Source: a virus
Taxonomy: Duplodnaviria; Caudoviricetes
Virus record (IMG/VR): IMGVR_UViG_3300020432_000027
Location: 1-31,537 of that record
Length of the DNA stretch: 31,537 bases
Direction: 5' to 3' (one strand)
This document shows positions 8,539 to 18,074 of the stretch, piece by piece; positions within the stretch are counted from its first letter, which is position 1, and each line of letters starts with the position of its first letter. Under the pieces are notes generated by a model, which saw only the letters and a list, made by a program, of their open reading frames with translations, ran no database searches and was not told where the DNA came from. Position numbers and translations under genes: made by a program.

Positions 8539-9036
8539 TTACTTATCAAAGTGTGTTGGCCTACCTGTGGTAACTTTTGATCGACTGTTGTTAGAGATTG
8601 GCATACGAGGATCGTTTTTGCTCATAAGTTGTCTATTAATTGCATCGGTTTGAGATTGTGTAAATTCTTCTACATGATCTCTATACCCTTCGTTGTTTTC
8701 CATAGTGTTTGCGGCTAAAGCTACATCCCCACGGATAACAAGGTTGCCTAGACTATTTGCAGCTTGGTTTGTAAAACCAGCACTCATTTCAGGAACATCT
8801 TCAGGTTTAACAAAATCCCAACCTTCATATTGTTTCGTCTGAACATTTTGATCATCATATTGCCCCTTGAGAGATACTCTAACCCATCTGAGAACAAGTC
8901 CCTTTTCTTTATATCGATTAGCTACCTCTTCAGGAATCTTTAACCAGTTTTGTTTCTCGTAAGTTCCTCTTTGTTTACGAGATGTCGTCTGTGCGGAACG
9001 ATTCGCAGCTTTTACGTTTTGAGTTTTACTAGTCAT
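8539..9036 (-). CDS. Conserved head-module hypothetical protein
   Basis: LRWVR...G-x2-D-x2-NV...EGWDFV...DPRMPI; lies between scaffold and decoration genes. Confidence 0.7.
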   Translation of the reverse strand: MTSKTQNVKAANRSAQTTSRKQRGTYEKQNWLKIPEEVANRYKEKGLVLRWVRVSLKGQYDDQNVQTKQYEGWDFVKPEDVPEMSAGFTNQAANSLGNLVIRGDVALAANTMENNEGYRDHVEEFTQSQTDAINRQLMSKNDPRMPISNNSRSKVTTGRPTHFDK

Positions 9037-9062
9037 ATCAATTATTACCTTTCATATCCACG

Positions 9063-10040
9063 TTATACATTTACAGTAGTGTAGTCATCGCCAGCCTTCT
9101 CGACCTTGGCTTTTTCTCTAGCATACACATCAAGTGGCACTCCCATCTTTTTAGCAAGGCGAACATCTTCTTGAGATAATCGTATCTTGCCTTTAGACGA
9201 GGCCGAAGTACGTGACTTTCCAGCCACCACTTGAGCAGGTTTTGTCGGATCATCCTGCTCTCCGAACTTATGAGGAAATTCTTTTTTGATTCTCCTCGAT
9301 ACCTCATTATAAAACTCTTTAGTGTTCGGATCAAAGCCCTCTTGTAAAAGTTGTTCATTAATCACTAAAGCACCCTGAGTCATAATAGGATCTTTTTGAA
9401 ACCACGTTTCATTATCTTCCTTCCATTCAATAGCTAAACTGTTTGGTTTAACTCTTTGTTGAACTGGTTGTTGTGGTTCTTCTTGTTTTTGTTTATTTTG
9501 TTGATCTTCTTGATACCATCGTTTTGCATCAACAAATTGTAATTTTGTTGTAACATCAGCAATAGCCTTTTGTGCTTCCAACATTTTATCTTTGTCTCCA
9601 GAGTCATAAGCTGACTTGTAAGCTTCTTCAGAATTTTTAAGTTGTTGTTGTAAACTTTTTTCTTGGTTGGTAAGACTAGCTATTTCAGTATCTTTTAATT
9701 TTTTATCTTGAGAGTTTAACTGTTCTTGAAGTTGTTGTATTTGTTGTTCAGCTAACAACAACTTTTCTTCTTTTTCTTTACGTTGTTTTACTAATCTGTT
9801 AATTCTTTTCCTAGCCCCTTCAGTTTCTATACCATCAAGCTCTTTAGTGGCTTCTACATCTGTGGTTTCTATTTCAACTTCTGGTTCTGGTTCGGGTTTT
9901 TTTTCTTCCAAACCACTTAAACCTTCGACAACATATTCAGGCTCTTGCTTGGCAGGGGCTTCTGTTTGTTGTTGTGATTGTGGGTTTGAGATGTCTATTT
10001 CTTGATAGCCATCGTCTTGTGATTTATTTTCTTCGTTCAT
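9063..10040 (-). CDS. Capsid scaffolding protein (putative)
   Basis: Acidic disordered N-terminus, long E/Q/K coiled coil, C-terminal LS...AKKMGVPLDVYA helix-turn-helix; position upstream of the capsid genes. Confidence 0.75.
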   Translation of the reverse strand: MNEENKSQDDGYQEIDISNPQSQQQTEAPAKQEPEYVVEGLSGLEEKKPEPEPEVEIETTDVEATKELDGIETEGARKRINRLVKQRKEKEEKLLLAEQQIQQLQEQLNSQDKKLKDTEIASLTNQEKSLQQQLKNSEEAYKSAYDSGDKDKMLEAQKAIADVTTKLQFVDAKRWYQEDQQNKQKQEEPQQPVQQRVKPNSLAIEWKEDNETWFQKDPIMTQGALVINEQLLQEGFDPNTKEFYNEVSRRIKKEFPHKFGEQDDPTKPAQVVAGKSRTSASSKGKIRLSQEDVRLAKKMGVPLDVYAREKAKVEKAGDDYTTVNV

Positions 10041-10089
10041 TTTTTCTCCGCAGTTACGAGTTACGATTACGTTAAGTTATTATTATATG

Positions 10090-10515
10090 TTATTTATTAT
10101 TTACATCCAAATAGTTTGGATCAAGATCAGCTGGGTCAGGAACAACCATAAGTATCTGGTCATCAAACAACAACAGCATTCTAATACCTTTATAAAAAAA
10201 CTTATCGCCTTGATATTTACCATAAACAACATAGTCACCAGGTTTACACCATGATCGTCCTTTAAATTTATCGTGATCAGCATAAGCCAACTCACCAACT
10301 TTTAATACACGACCAAGAGTCGTTAAATATTTAGCATCGTCTTTGAATTTATCAGGAAGTAAAATACCTCCTTTTGTTTTTTCTCTAATTGCTACAGGCC
10401 TAATCAAAACATGATAACCCGGTATATCGGGTAATACTTTCGGGTCAGGGGATTCTTTATTAGTAATCCAATCGTCGTTACCGGCTACAGTTGTTGCTAC
10501 TCCTGCTGCTTTCAT
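10090..10515 (-). CDS. groES: Phage co-chaperonin GroES
   Basis: PGYHVLIRP, EKTKGGILLP mobile loop, G-x-VLKVG, KPGDYVVYGKYQG, DDQIL. Confidence 0.9.
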   Translation of the reverse strand: MKAAGVATTVAGNDDWITNKESPDPKVLPDIPGYHVLIRPVAIREKTKGGILLPDKFKDDAKYLTTLGRVLKVGELAYADHDKFKGRSWCKPGDYVVYGKYQGDKFFYKGIRMLLLFDDQILMVVPDPADLDPNYLDVNNK

Positions 10516-10518
10516 TTA

Positions 10519-10719
10519 TTAGTCTCCTTCTTCTGTGTCATTATATAAGTTTTTTTCTGTTAATTTAATCTCTTCTAAAGCCATAGTCAACCCTTCAATG
10601 ATTCCAATCTGGTATTTGTATTCTGAAAAATTTTCAGCTGATCCACTAATTATTGTTTCAGTTAAATTATTTTTTTGTTCAGTTAATTGTTTTCGTAAAT
10701 AGTCTAGGCCGGCATCCAT
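10519..10719 (-). CDS. Small helical hypothetical protein
   Basis: 66 aa, G-x5-EYKYQIGIIEGL; typical small gene found upstream of phage groES. Confidence 0.65.
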   Translation of the reverse strand: MDAGLDYLRKQLTEQKNNLTETIISGSAENFSEYKYQIGIIEGLTMALEEIKLTEKNLYNDTEEGD

Positions 10720-11321
10720 ACTTCATGTCTTTCAAATAATTCTTTTTCTGATTCATACATAGCATCAAGATATTCTTGTTTTATCATAGCTTCTTGAACA
10801 GTGATTGGACCAGCTGCATCACGGCCTCCAACAATTAGTTTGCCGTGCATATAGATTGATGGTTCGTCAAACTTTTCACCAAGAGCATCAATCATAATTA
10901 TAAGATCTTTACATAAAGTTTCCATGTATCCAATTTTAATATCAGGATAGTTATTAATTGTGTAATGATCATAATAATCTTTAACAACATTTTTATTCTC
11001 TACTATTTTAGTCAGGAATGTTTCGTAGTCTTCAGCTTTACATTTTCTTTCAAGTCTAATGTCCTCTTGCCAATTCCATTTGTTACCATATTTATTTGCT
11101 TTTTTTCTAGCTCTATGATGAAACAAACTATGTGCAAATGTCATAGGGTGTCTTAAAAAGGCAAAGGTTTGTTTGTGTGTAGGAGGTGTATTGTGAGAAT
11201 TATATATTTCATCACCAACAGCTTTAGCTCCTTCTACATAATTAAACAACATCTGTTTTACCCATCGTCCCCCAGTTTTAGGGACATGGATAAACATACT
11301 ATTTTTAAGTTCGACTGCCAT
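10704..11321 (-). CDS. Sulfotransferase-family protein
   Basis: FIHVPKTGG (5'-PSB loop) and FAFLRHP-x6-S (3'-PB motif); start taken at MAVELK. Confidence 0.75.
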   Translation of the reverse strand: MAVELKNSMFIHVPKTGGRWVKQMLFNYVEGAKAVGDEIYNSHNTPPTHKQTFAFLRHPMTFAHSLFHHRARKKANKYGNKWNWQEDIRLERKCKAEDYETFLTKIVENKNVVKDYYDHYTINNYPDIKIGYMETLCKDLIIMIDALGEKFDEPSIYMHGKLIVGGRDAAGPITVQEAMIKQEYLDAMYESEKELFERHEVWMPA

Positions 11322-12024
11322 GTAAAAACAAAAAATCTCCATCAGTTATTTCGGGCATTGTTAGTGCCACTTTTCTTCCATGCTCCACATCTGTTATAGT
11401 TTGTAAACCTTTACCTCTATGGTTATACATACAACTATAACCTCTATCAAAACAAAATTTAAATGATGTTTCAACTGGATACTTATTAAATTTTGGATAT
11501 ATCTCAACCATTAAATGTGGTTTATGTTTTTCAATAACATCTTTTGCTCCGTTAAGAACATCAAGCTCAGTGCCCTCCGTATCTATTTTTATAAAACAAA
11601 TATTATTTGCAGATCGATGTTGATTATCTAGTGTGGATACTTCAACAGGGATAGGATATCCATCGACTAAATTTTGAAACGATGAATTAGATAATCGTTT
11701 ATTATCTACATAAAAATTTTCAGTTTTTGTTTTTTCTCCAATAGCAAGATTGTAAGGACTAAAATTTAAATAATCATCTTTAACTTTACACAGTTGTTCA
11801 AACACTTCAGGTACAGCTTCATATCCATAAACATGGTCAGCATGTTTAACAAACCACCTAGAGTATTGACCAACCCCAGCTCCTACATCAAGAACTGTCC
11901 CTTTAGGATCAATATATGGTTTTGTTTTTCCTATTAAAAATTCTTTAATATGAAGATCATAATAGTACGGATTAAACACTCGTCGTTGTAATACTTCTTT
12001 TGAAAGATTAGGATTAACTATCAT
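11305..12024 (-). CDS. FkbM-family SAM methyltransferase
   Basis: VLDVGAGVG, YEA, NLAIG, TLD, FIKIDTEGTELDVLNGA, P-x-LMVE. Confidence 0.9.
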   Translation of the reverse strand: MIVNPNLSKEVLQRRVFNPYYYDLHIKEFLIGKTKPYIDPKGTVLDVGAGVGQYSRWFVKHADHVYGYEAVPEVFEQLCKVKDDYLNFSPYNLAIGEKTKTENFYVDNKRLSNSSFQNLVDGYPIPVEVSTLDNQHRSANNICFIKIDTEGTELDVLNGAKDVIEKHKPHLMVEIYPKFNKYPVETSFKFCFDRGYSCMYNHRGKGLQTITDVEHGRKVALTMPEITDGDFLFLHGSRT

Positions 12025-12202
12025 AATATTTTAAATGGCTTTTTATAGCCGTGCCTTTAGGTTCTTTAGGAAAATAAACATCGACATGAGATCCACAACC
12101 AGGACAACTAAAGTTTGATACTATTAGATACTCCTCCTCTTCTTCCTCAATATCATGATCTCCACCCCATATTAACTCTGTATGACAGTGCCAACATCTC
12201 AT
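12014..12202 (-). CDS. Small zinc-ribbon protein
   Basis: CWHC...LIWGGDHD...CPGC; AAGGAG RBS. Confidence 0.7.
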   Translation of the reverse strand: MRCWHCHTELIWGGDHDIEEEEEEYLIVSNFSCPGCGSHVDVYFPKEPKGTAIKSHLKYYDS

Positions 12203-12204
12203 AA

Positions 12205-13206
12205 TTATTTATCTCCTTGTGGTTTTAAAATTACCTGTAGTGCAATCCGTTCTCCAGTATCAACATGTGTGCCTCTATGCCAACCAAAGTTCGGTTCAAA
12301 TAATATAAAATTACTTTCATCGGATGTAAAGTGTTTTAGTTTATTAGTTAAGAAATCAGATTGTTGTGTATTGTTTTTAAACTGTCTAGAAAAGTATGAG
12401 TTCTTCCGTGCCCACAATGGTAGCTTTGCATTAACAGCTCGTTGTTCTGGTGTTGCCAAAGTGTTTGAGAGTTGATTACTTTTACAAAACAACATTTCAA
12501 CATCATCAAACTTCCAACGATGACTTTTTGGTATATAAGCAAAAGGACCATTACCTCTTTGAACAGTATTAAGATAAATCATAGTTTTAATATAACTATA
12601 TTTTGGATCTATATGTAATGTATATAGATCGTTTTTAGGTTTATGTTTTTGATCTGTTTGAAAGTATTCGTTAAATGTATCGTCTTTATCACTGATGTGT
12701 AAATTAACATCAGTTATTAAGTATGGTTTAGGTAATAATTTTAAATCGTTATAAATTGTATTTAAAATATTATAAACTTCATGATCAAAAGGAAGTCTCA
12801 TGATTCTATCCTGGAATCGTGTATCTCTTGTAGGCTGTGTTTTTTTTAAGTTTACTATATCTTTTTCTAAAGAATCAACTAATTCATCCGTGTTAATAAT
12901 AGTTTCATAACATCCTAATTCACTAAATTTATTTGGTCCTTTGTAGTTTATTGTTTTACTAGCCTGTAATAATGCAAAACCAGATAAGGCTGCTTGTAGT
13001 TGTTTTTTTAAAATAGGTGAAGGCTCTAATTGATTATATAAATCATTAACACCCATTGAAAATAAATTTATGTTTGATTCTTGTAAAGCTCTTAATAACG
13101 TATCGTAAATTTGAGGATAGTCATTATTAGTTGGTTTGTAACCTTCGTCATCAAAACTAACGGCAGGATCTGGGAGAACAACACCGTGGTTAGTGATATA
13201 ATCCAT
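12205..13206 (-). CDS. 2OG-Fe(II) dioxygenase (PhyH-like)
   Basis: LHIDP (HxD), MIYL, GPF-x-YIP-x-SH, distal WHRG and R-x-ALQ: the 2-His-1-carboxylate triad plus the 2OG-binding Arg. Confidence 0.8.
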   Translation of the reverse strand: MDYITNHGVVLPDPAVSFDDEGYKPTNNDYPQIYDTLLRALQESNINLFSMGVNDLYNQLEPSPILKKQLQAALSGFALLQASKTINYKGPNKFSELGCYETIINTDELVDSLEKDIVNLKKTQPTRDTRFQDRIMRLPFDHEVYNILNTIYNDLKLLPKPYLITDVNLHISDKDDTFNEYFQTDQKHKPKNDLYTLHIDPKYSYIKTMIYLNTVQRGNGPFAYIPKSHRWKFDDVEMLFCKSNQLSNTLATPEQRAVNAKLPLWARKNSYFSRQFKNNTQQSDFLTNKLKHFTSDESNFILFEPNFGWHRGTHVDTGERIALQVILKPQGDK

Positions 13207-16200
13207 TAGGTCGTTTTAACTCTGCCACCAACTCTCATAGCTACTTTTGCAAATCTTTCATTTTCTTGTTTTTTTACATCAGTATGGTGGAGTTCATTGT
13301 AAAGTTGTTGAGTAGCTGCTGTTAAAGTTTCATAATCATCAGCCTCTAATATAGCTTTCATATATTTATCACTACCCGGCTTTTCAAATGTATCAGCTAA
13401 AAATAAAACTGTTTGATCATCCCCAGACAGCTCACGAGCATCTTTAGCTTTTTCTATAGAATCCGGAATGTCTTCTATACCAACTCTGTCAGCTATATTT
13501 TTATATCGTTGTTTAGCTGTTACGAGTGATGGTTTTGTATATTGAAATAATCCCGCAGCTGTGCTTTTTGGGTTCTTAGCTTGTGGATTTTTATCACTTT
13601 CCATCTCAGCTATAATTTCTGTAAACACGTCTAAATTAGATTTAGCTTTATCTCTGTCTTGTATTTGAAGTCTGTTAAAAGCTTCATCAATAATAAAATT
13701 TCTTGTCATAATTTCTGGTACCTCTAATCCTTCTGTTGTCGTTCCCTCTCCTACAGTTTTAGGTATATCACCAAAAACTTCTTTTGACAACTGTTCATCA
13801 CTCATCTCAGGAGCCGGTGATTCAGTAGGGGTTGGAGTAGGCATAGGGGAACCCATATCTCTTGGTTTGTCCATGGGTGGTGCAACATTAGCCACAAGGC
13901 CGCCTCCACCCACCGCATCAGCAGCCAACATCATAGCTTGGGCTGCCTGCATTCCTGGATCAGCTATATTAGCTGTTTGTTGTCCCATTTTACTACTATC
14001 AGCCATAAATGAAGCTGTTGGAACAGAACCACCCGGTGCTAAATTTATTGGTGGTTGTTTTGCATCTTGTTGTCCTACTAATTTAAGTAAGTCCATAACA
14101 ACTTTAGATGTTAGTTGATCATTATTTTTCTTTTTAGCATCTTCTATTTTAGCAGCTTCAACCATAGCATCAATGTCAACTTCCTTAGATTTAAGATCAA
14201 GCTCTCTGTCTTTAAAGTTTAACTCAGCTGCTGTTTTTTGAGCATCTATTCCTTTTTGAACTTTATCTAATTCAAGTTGTTGTTTTTGTAAGTTAAGATT
14301 TTGTTGTTCAATACTATCTAAACCACCTTGTGCTTTTAGTTTGTTAGCTTCAAGAATCTGTTTGGCTGACTCGGACATAATCATACCCATTGTAGCTCCT
14401 TGGTCTACCTGACCTTCTTGAGCTTTCATCAATCCACCCATTTGTTCTTGGAATCTTAAAACCATGTGTTCTCTAATGTTAGCTAATAAGACTGGAGTTA
14501 CTTGTTTCATAACTGGGTTAGCTCCGTTGAGTGGGTCTTGCACGTAAGCCGACTTCACCTGTATGTGAGCATCGTGGTCCTGACCCGGGAAAGCTTTTAT
14601 TGGTTTACCTTGTGTAGCCATCATAATATCAGCTATTGGATCTTGTGGCTGAGCTGGTGGTTTTTCGATAATAAATCTTTCAGGATTATCTACATTAGCT
14701 GATGTTAATACAGATTTATACACTTCTTTCATATTGAATGTACCCGGAGTTGCTTGTGATGCCATTTGAAAAATTAATTGTGATTGAGCTAATCTATGAG
14801 CACTTGATGGTATGTTTGGATCTGATACTGGAAGAATATCTACTCGTCCATCAAAATCTTGTTTTTTAATTTGTGCTTGACCTCCGACTACATCATAGGG
14901 ATAATCAGGAGGTAAGAACTCGAAATTAATACGAGCTAATATTTTAAACTCGTCTCGTTGAGACTTGTGGAGTCGTTTGTGAATTGCTGAAAAGAACTTA
15001 CCTGATGCTTCTAATAATGCTAATGTCGTGCCAACCGGACCATAGTTCGATGCATCAGACACAACCTGTTCTGTCGTGTCAGCAAACTTCTGACCAGCTG
15101 TTGCTAAGAATCCAAGCATTTGAAACAGAACTTGTGATGGTTCTTTATAGGGTAGGGGCACTATCGACTTGTTTAAATCTATACCTGTTGACTCAACGTC
15201 CCGAAATTCTCCGGGCATTATTGGTGAGTTATCTCCTACTACACGAACCCCTCTAGCTTTAAACCCACCCGGTAAGTTTGCAAACTGTCCAGCATCAACC
15301 AAAGCTCTCATTGCCGCCGTAGCTGACATTGTAAGATTACCTAAGAAATGTATTAGTCCTAGTCCGTAGAAACCAAAACCCGGTACAAATTTATAACTAA
15401 CAAAGTGTTCACGTTTTATATAACGAGAATCACCATCGTTCCAGTTACGTCGAATGCTAAGAATTTTTTTACTGGATTTATCGACTGTAACGATGTATGG
15501 CCAAGCTTCACCACCGGGACTATTAAATGGCTCTGGTAAATTTAAGTATAAGTGCTGTTCTAATAAAACGTGTGTTGTGTCGTATGGCTGTTCATCATAA
15601 GCTGATAATCCCATAACCTGTTCAGCTTTGGCTGTAATCATGCCTCTTTCTTCTTGTTCCGGCTCACCAACTTCAACATCTCTATACATTCCTGCATTCA
15701 TGTCTTTTTTTAAATCGTTTGATGATCTGTAAATAACGTGAGTGTATCGATCAGCTCTTCGAAGATCAGGAACTAAATTTGATACATGAAACTGATCAAT
15801 AGGAATAAATTCTGATATTGGTCGTCCTAATGTTTCATCGTAGTAAACTTTTTTAACAGCCGTACCGATTAACGGTAAATGAAATAATAATCTTTCTGTC
15901 TCATCAAAATACTCTGGCATTTCTTCCGTGAGTTGATAATTCATGTAATCTTTCACACGTTTAGCTTGCTGTTCTTTTACCGGAGTTAAGTTACCTAGCA
16001 CTTGTGTTTTTACTGGGCCTTTACTCGGAAATAATTCTTGAGCAGCTTTTGATTGAAATTTAACGGCATTCTCAATAATTAACGGATGTGTTGCTGTACA
16101 AGCACCATCAAATGGTTCTGTTGTTTCTTGTAATTTTAATCCTAATAAGTCAAACCCACGTTCAAATGTTTGTTCCCATTCTTGTCTTGACTCTTCATCA

Positions 16201-16484
16201 GCTTTAAAATTATCAAAGACGGTCGTTGATAAATCTGTTAAGTCTTCTTCGTCCATGTATTCGGCAAGGTTGCCATAAAAATCTTTTATTGATGCTAAAA
16301 CTGTGCCGGCATTTTCGTTTAAATCAACGGATATTTCTCCTGTGGTTGTATCAACATCAACAGCTACATCTTCTTCTTGTTCAGGATCTACGTTAACATC
16401 AACACCGGAAAGACCTTGAGTCATTTCTTTTACATCGGTGTTTACTTTTTCTATTTTTTCAAAGGGATTTTTTTCTACTGCCAT
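13206..16484 (-). CDS. Portal protein with C-terminal lytic transglycosylase / lysozyme-like domain
   Basis: Follows terL. Portal motifs GFDLLG...EPFDGAC...HPLI, ELFP-x-KGPVKT, KKVYYD, GFYGLGLIH, PGEFRD and LPYKEPS; then a coiled coil, a P/M/A-rich linker and E962-S-x14-GLFQY. Confidence 0.85.
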   Translation of the reverse strand: MAVEKNPFEKIEKVNTDVKEMTQGLSGVDVNVDPEQEEDVAVDVDTTTGEISVDLNENAGTVLASIKDFYGNLAEYMDEEDLTDLSTTVFDNFKADEESRQEWEQTFERGFDLLGLKLQETTEPFDGACTATHPLIIENAVKFQSKAAQELFPSKGPVKTQVLGNLTPVKEQQAKRVKDYMNYQLTEEMPEYFDETERLLFHLPLIGTAVKKVYYDETLGRPISEFIPIDQFHVSNLVPDLRRADRYTHVIYRSSNDLKKDMNAGMYRDVEVGEPEQEERGMITAKAEQVMGLSAYDEQPYDTTHVLLEQHLYLNLPEPFNSPGGEAWPYIVTVDKSSKKILSIRRNWNDGDSRYIKREHFVSYKFVPGFGFYGLGLIHFLGNLTMSATAAMRALVDAGQFANLPGGFKARGVRVVGDNSPIMPGEFRDVESTGIDLNKSIVPLPYKEPSQVLFQMLGFLATAGQKFADTTEQVVSDASNYGPVGTTLALLEASGKFFSAIHKRLHKSQRDEFKILARINFEFLPPDYPYDVVGGQAQIKKQDFDGRVDILPVSDPNIPSSAHRLAQSQLIFQMASQATPGTFNMKEVYKSVLTSANVDNPERFIIEKPPAQPQDPIADIMMATQGKPIKAFPGQDHDAHIQVKSAYVQDPLNGANPVMKQVTPVLLANIREHMVLRFQEQMGGLMKAQEGQVDQGATMGMIMSESAKQILEANKLKAQGGLDSIEQQNLNLQKQQLELDKVQKGIDAQKTAAELNFKDRELDLKSKEVDIDAMVEAAKIEDAKKKNNDQLTSKVVMDLLKLVGQQDAKQPPINLAPGGSVPTASFMADSSKMGQQTANIADPGMQAAQAMMLAADAVGGGGLVANVAPPMDKPRDMGSPMPTPTPTESPAPEMSDEQLSKEVFGDIPKTVGEGTTTEGLEVPEIMTRNFIIDEAFNRLQIQDRDKAKSNLDVFTEIIAEMESDKNPQAKNPKSTAAGLFQYTKPSLVTAKQRYKNIADRVGIEDIPDSIEKAKDARELSGDDQTVLFLADTFEKPGSDKYMKAILEADDYETLTAATQQLYNELHHTDVKKQENERFAKVAMRVGGRVKTT

Positions 16485-16493
16485 TATTACTCT

Positions 16494-18074
16494 CTAAATA
16501 TTATTTATGTTCCAGTACGTTGCTTTATTCTTTTTATAAATATTTTCGTCTTCACTATTATAGTTCGGATCGTATGGATGTTGCAAGTGCCATGATTCTT
16601 TAAGGTATAGCACAGCCATGACCATTGAGTCAACCTGATCGTCATGAGCTGCATTGGGAAAAGATATAGCTTCATCAAACATAGTCTGTGCCCACGTTTT
16701 ATTAGGTAACCATACTCGACCAGCTTCAAGTAAGGGTGATGCCGCATAAGCTCTCGAAACTTTATCTCTGTCCGGTGTGTATTCAAGTATTGGTAAACCA
16801 GCTCGTCGTAGATCTTGTATCAACGATTGTCCACTGGCTTTTTTTTCAATTACAATTAAGTCTGGTTGGTGTTCTTCAAAACTATCTTGAGCTGTGCTTC
16901 TTAGTTCTGGATACTCCAATCGATCTCTAATGTTACCTAATAAAATTAAATGTCCTACTTCATACTCTTTGCCTGAACTATCTTTTTCCATTTGTGTAAA
17001 TATGCCCCACGTTTGAATTACACTATAGTCAGCTGTTGTTCGAGTTGAGAAAGCTGTATCCATAGTTTGTATAATAAAATCACAATGAGGTGGTTCTTCT
17101 TCTTTCCAAATGTTAAACCAGCTCTTTTTAAATATACCACCTTCATCTGGCACGGGATTTTGCATGTACAGTGATTCCCAATACCGTGAACCGTTATGTC
17201 GTCGTATCTCCATCTCATCATTTTTTAAAACTTCTTTTGGTTTCCATTCCGGAAAATATGATTCGCCTACTGGTATGTTTAGTAATCGGCTACTGCTTTC
17301 ATCAACCCATGCCGGTATTCGTAAAACATCCCATGGTATAGTTGAGGCCCCATCCCCTTTAGCATCACTCTCACAAGATAATAACCACCCACAAATATCA
17401 TCTTCATGATACCGTGTGTTAATAATAACTATAGAACCATTCGGCATGAGTCTAGTTCGTAAACCTGCCGGATACCATTCTTTTATATATCGTCTACCCG
17501 TTTCACTAAAAGCATCTTCTTCTGACATCACATCATCTAGTAGAGCTACGTGTGCACCACGGCCAGCTATCTGTGTTCGTACACCAGCAGCTACATACAC
17601 ACCATTTTGGTTTGTCTGCCACTTTCCGGCAGCTCGTACGTCCGATCGTAACTTCACTCCTCGAAATACATTTTGATATAAACCCGAACCTACCAAATCC
17701 CTGACGGAACGTCCAAAATCTGAGGCTAACGTATCAGAGTGAGATACCGATAAAATTTCATGTTGAGGATGTCTGCCTAGGTACCAGGCCGGAAATAATT
17801 TTGAACAGATAACAGATTTGGAACTACGAGGTGGTAAGAATACCATTAGACGTTTGAGTTCTCCTTCTTCAACCTTTTGTAATTTTTCACTAATAACTTC
17901 AATATGTCTACCCATCTTGAAATCAGCTATTAACTTTGGAGCAAATGTTTTTACAAAAGCTAAAAAGTTATCTTTGCTTTTAACAAGAGACTGAACGGCT
18001 AATTTCTGAAGAAGTTTTTTTTTAGTTGTTTCGTCAGAAGCTAACTCACTTATCGGTATCTTTGGATTTTCCAC
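16494..18074 (-). CDS. terL: Terminase large subunit
   Basis: Walker A PPRSSKS, GRGA, Walker B LLDD, coupling NTRY, YMQNP; nuclease motifs MDTA, DYS, IEKKASG, HDDQVDS. Confidence 0.95.
   Translation of the reverse strand: MENPKIPISELASDETTKKKLLQKLAVQSLVKSKDNFLAFVKTFAPKLIADFKMGRHIEVISEKLQKVEEGELKRLMVFLPPRSSKSVICSKLFPAWYLGRHPQHEILSVSHSDTLASDFGRSVRDLVGSGLYQNVFRGVKLRSDVRAAGKWQTNQNGVYVAAGVRTQIAGRGAHVALLDDVMSEEDAFSETGRRYIKEWYPAGLRTRLMPNGSIVIINTRYHEDDICGWLLSCESDAKGDGASTIPWDVLRIPAWVDESSSRLLNIPVGESYFPEWKPKEVLKNDEMEIRRHNGSRYWESLYMQNPVPDEGGIFKKSWFNIWKEEEPPHCDFIIQTMDTAFSTRTTADYSVIQTWGIFTQMEKDSSGKEYEVGHLILLGNIRDRLEYPELRSTAQDSFEEHQPDLIVIEKKASGQSLIQDLRRAGLPILEYTPDRDKVSRAYAASPLLEAGRVWLPNKTWAQTMFDEAISFPNAAHDDQVDSMVMAVLYLKESWHLQHPYDPNYNSEDENIYKKNKATYWNINNI

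Noticed and set aside
9071-17221. Same-strand alternate-frame ORFs inside scaffold, groES, oxygenase and terL (9071..9358, 10101..10298, 12348..12551, 16505..16786, 17018..17221)
   Set aside because: Nested in conserved genes, with no RBS or protein-like motifs seen.
674-17676. Plus-strand ORFs over the late arm (e.g. 1306..1899, 1916..2284, 4396..4779, 17110..17409)
   Set aside because: Antisense shadows of well-supported minus-strand genes, with no RBS or motifs seen.
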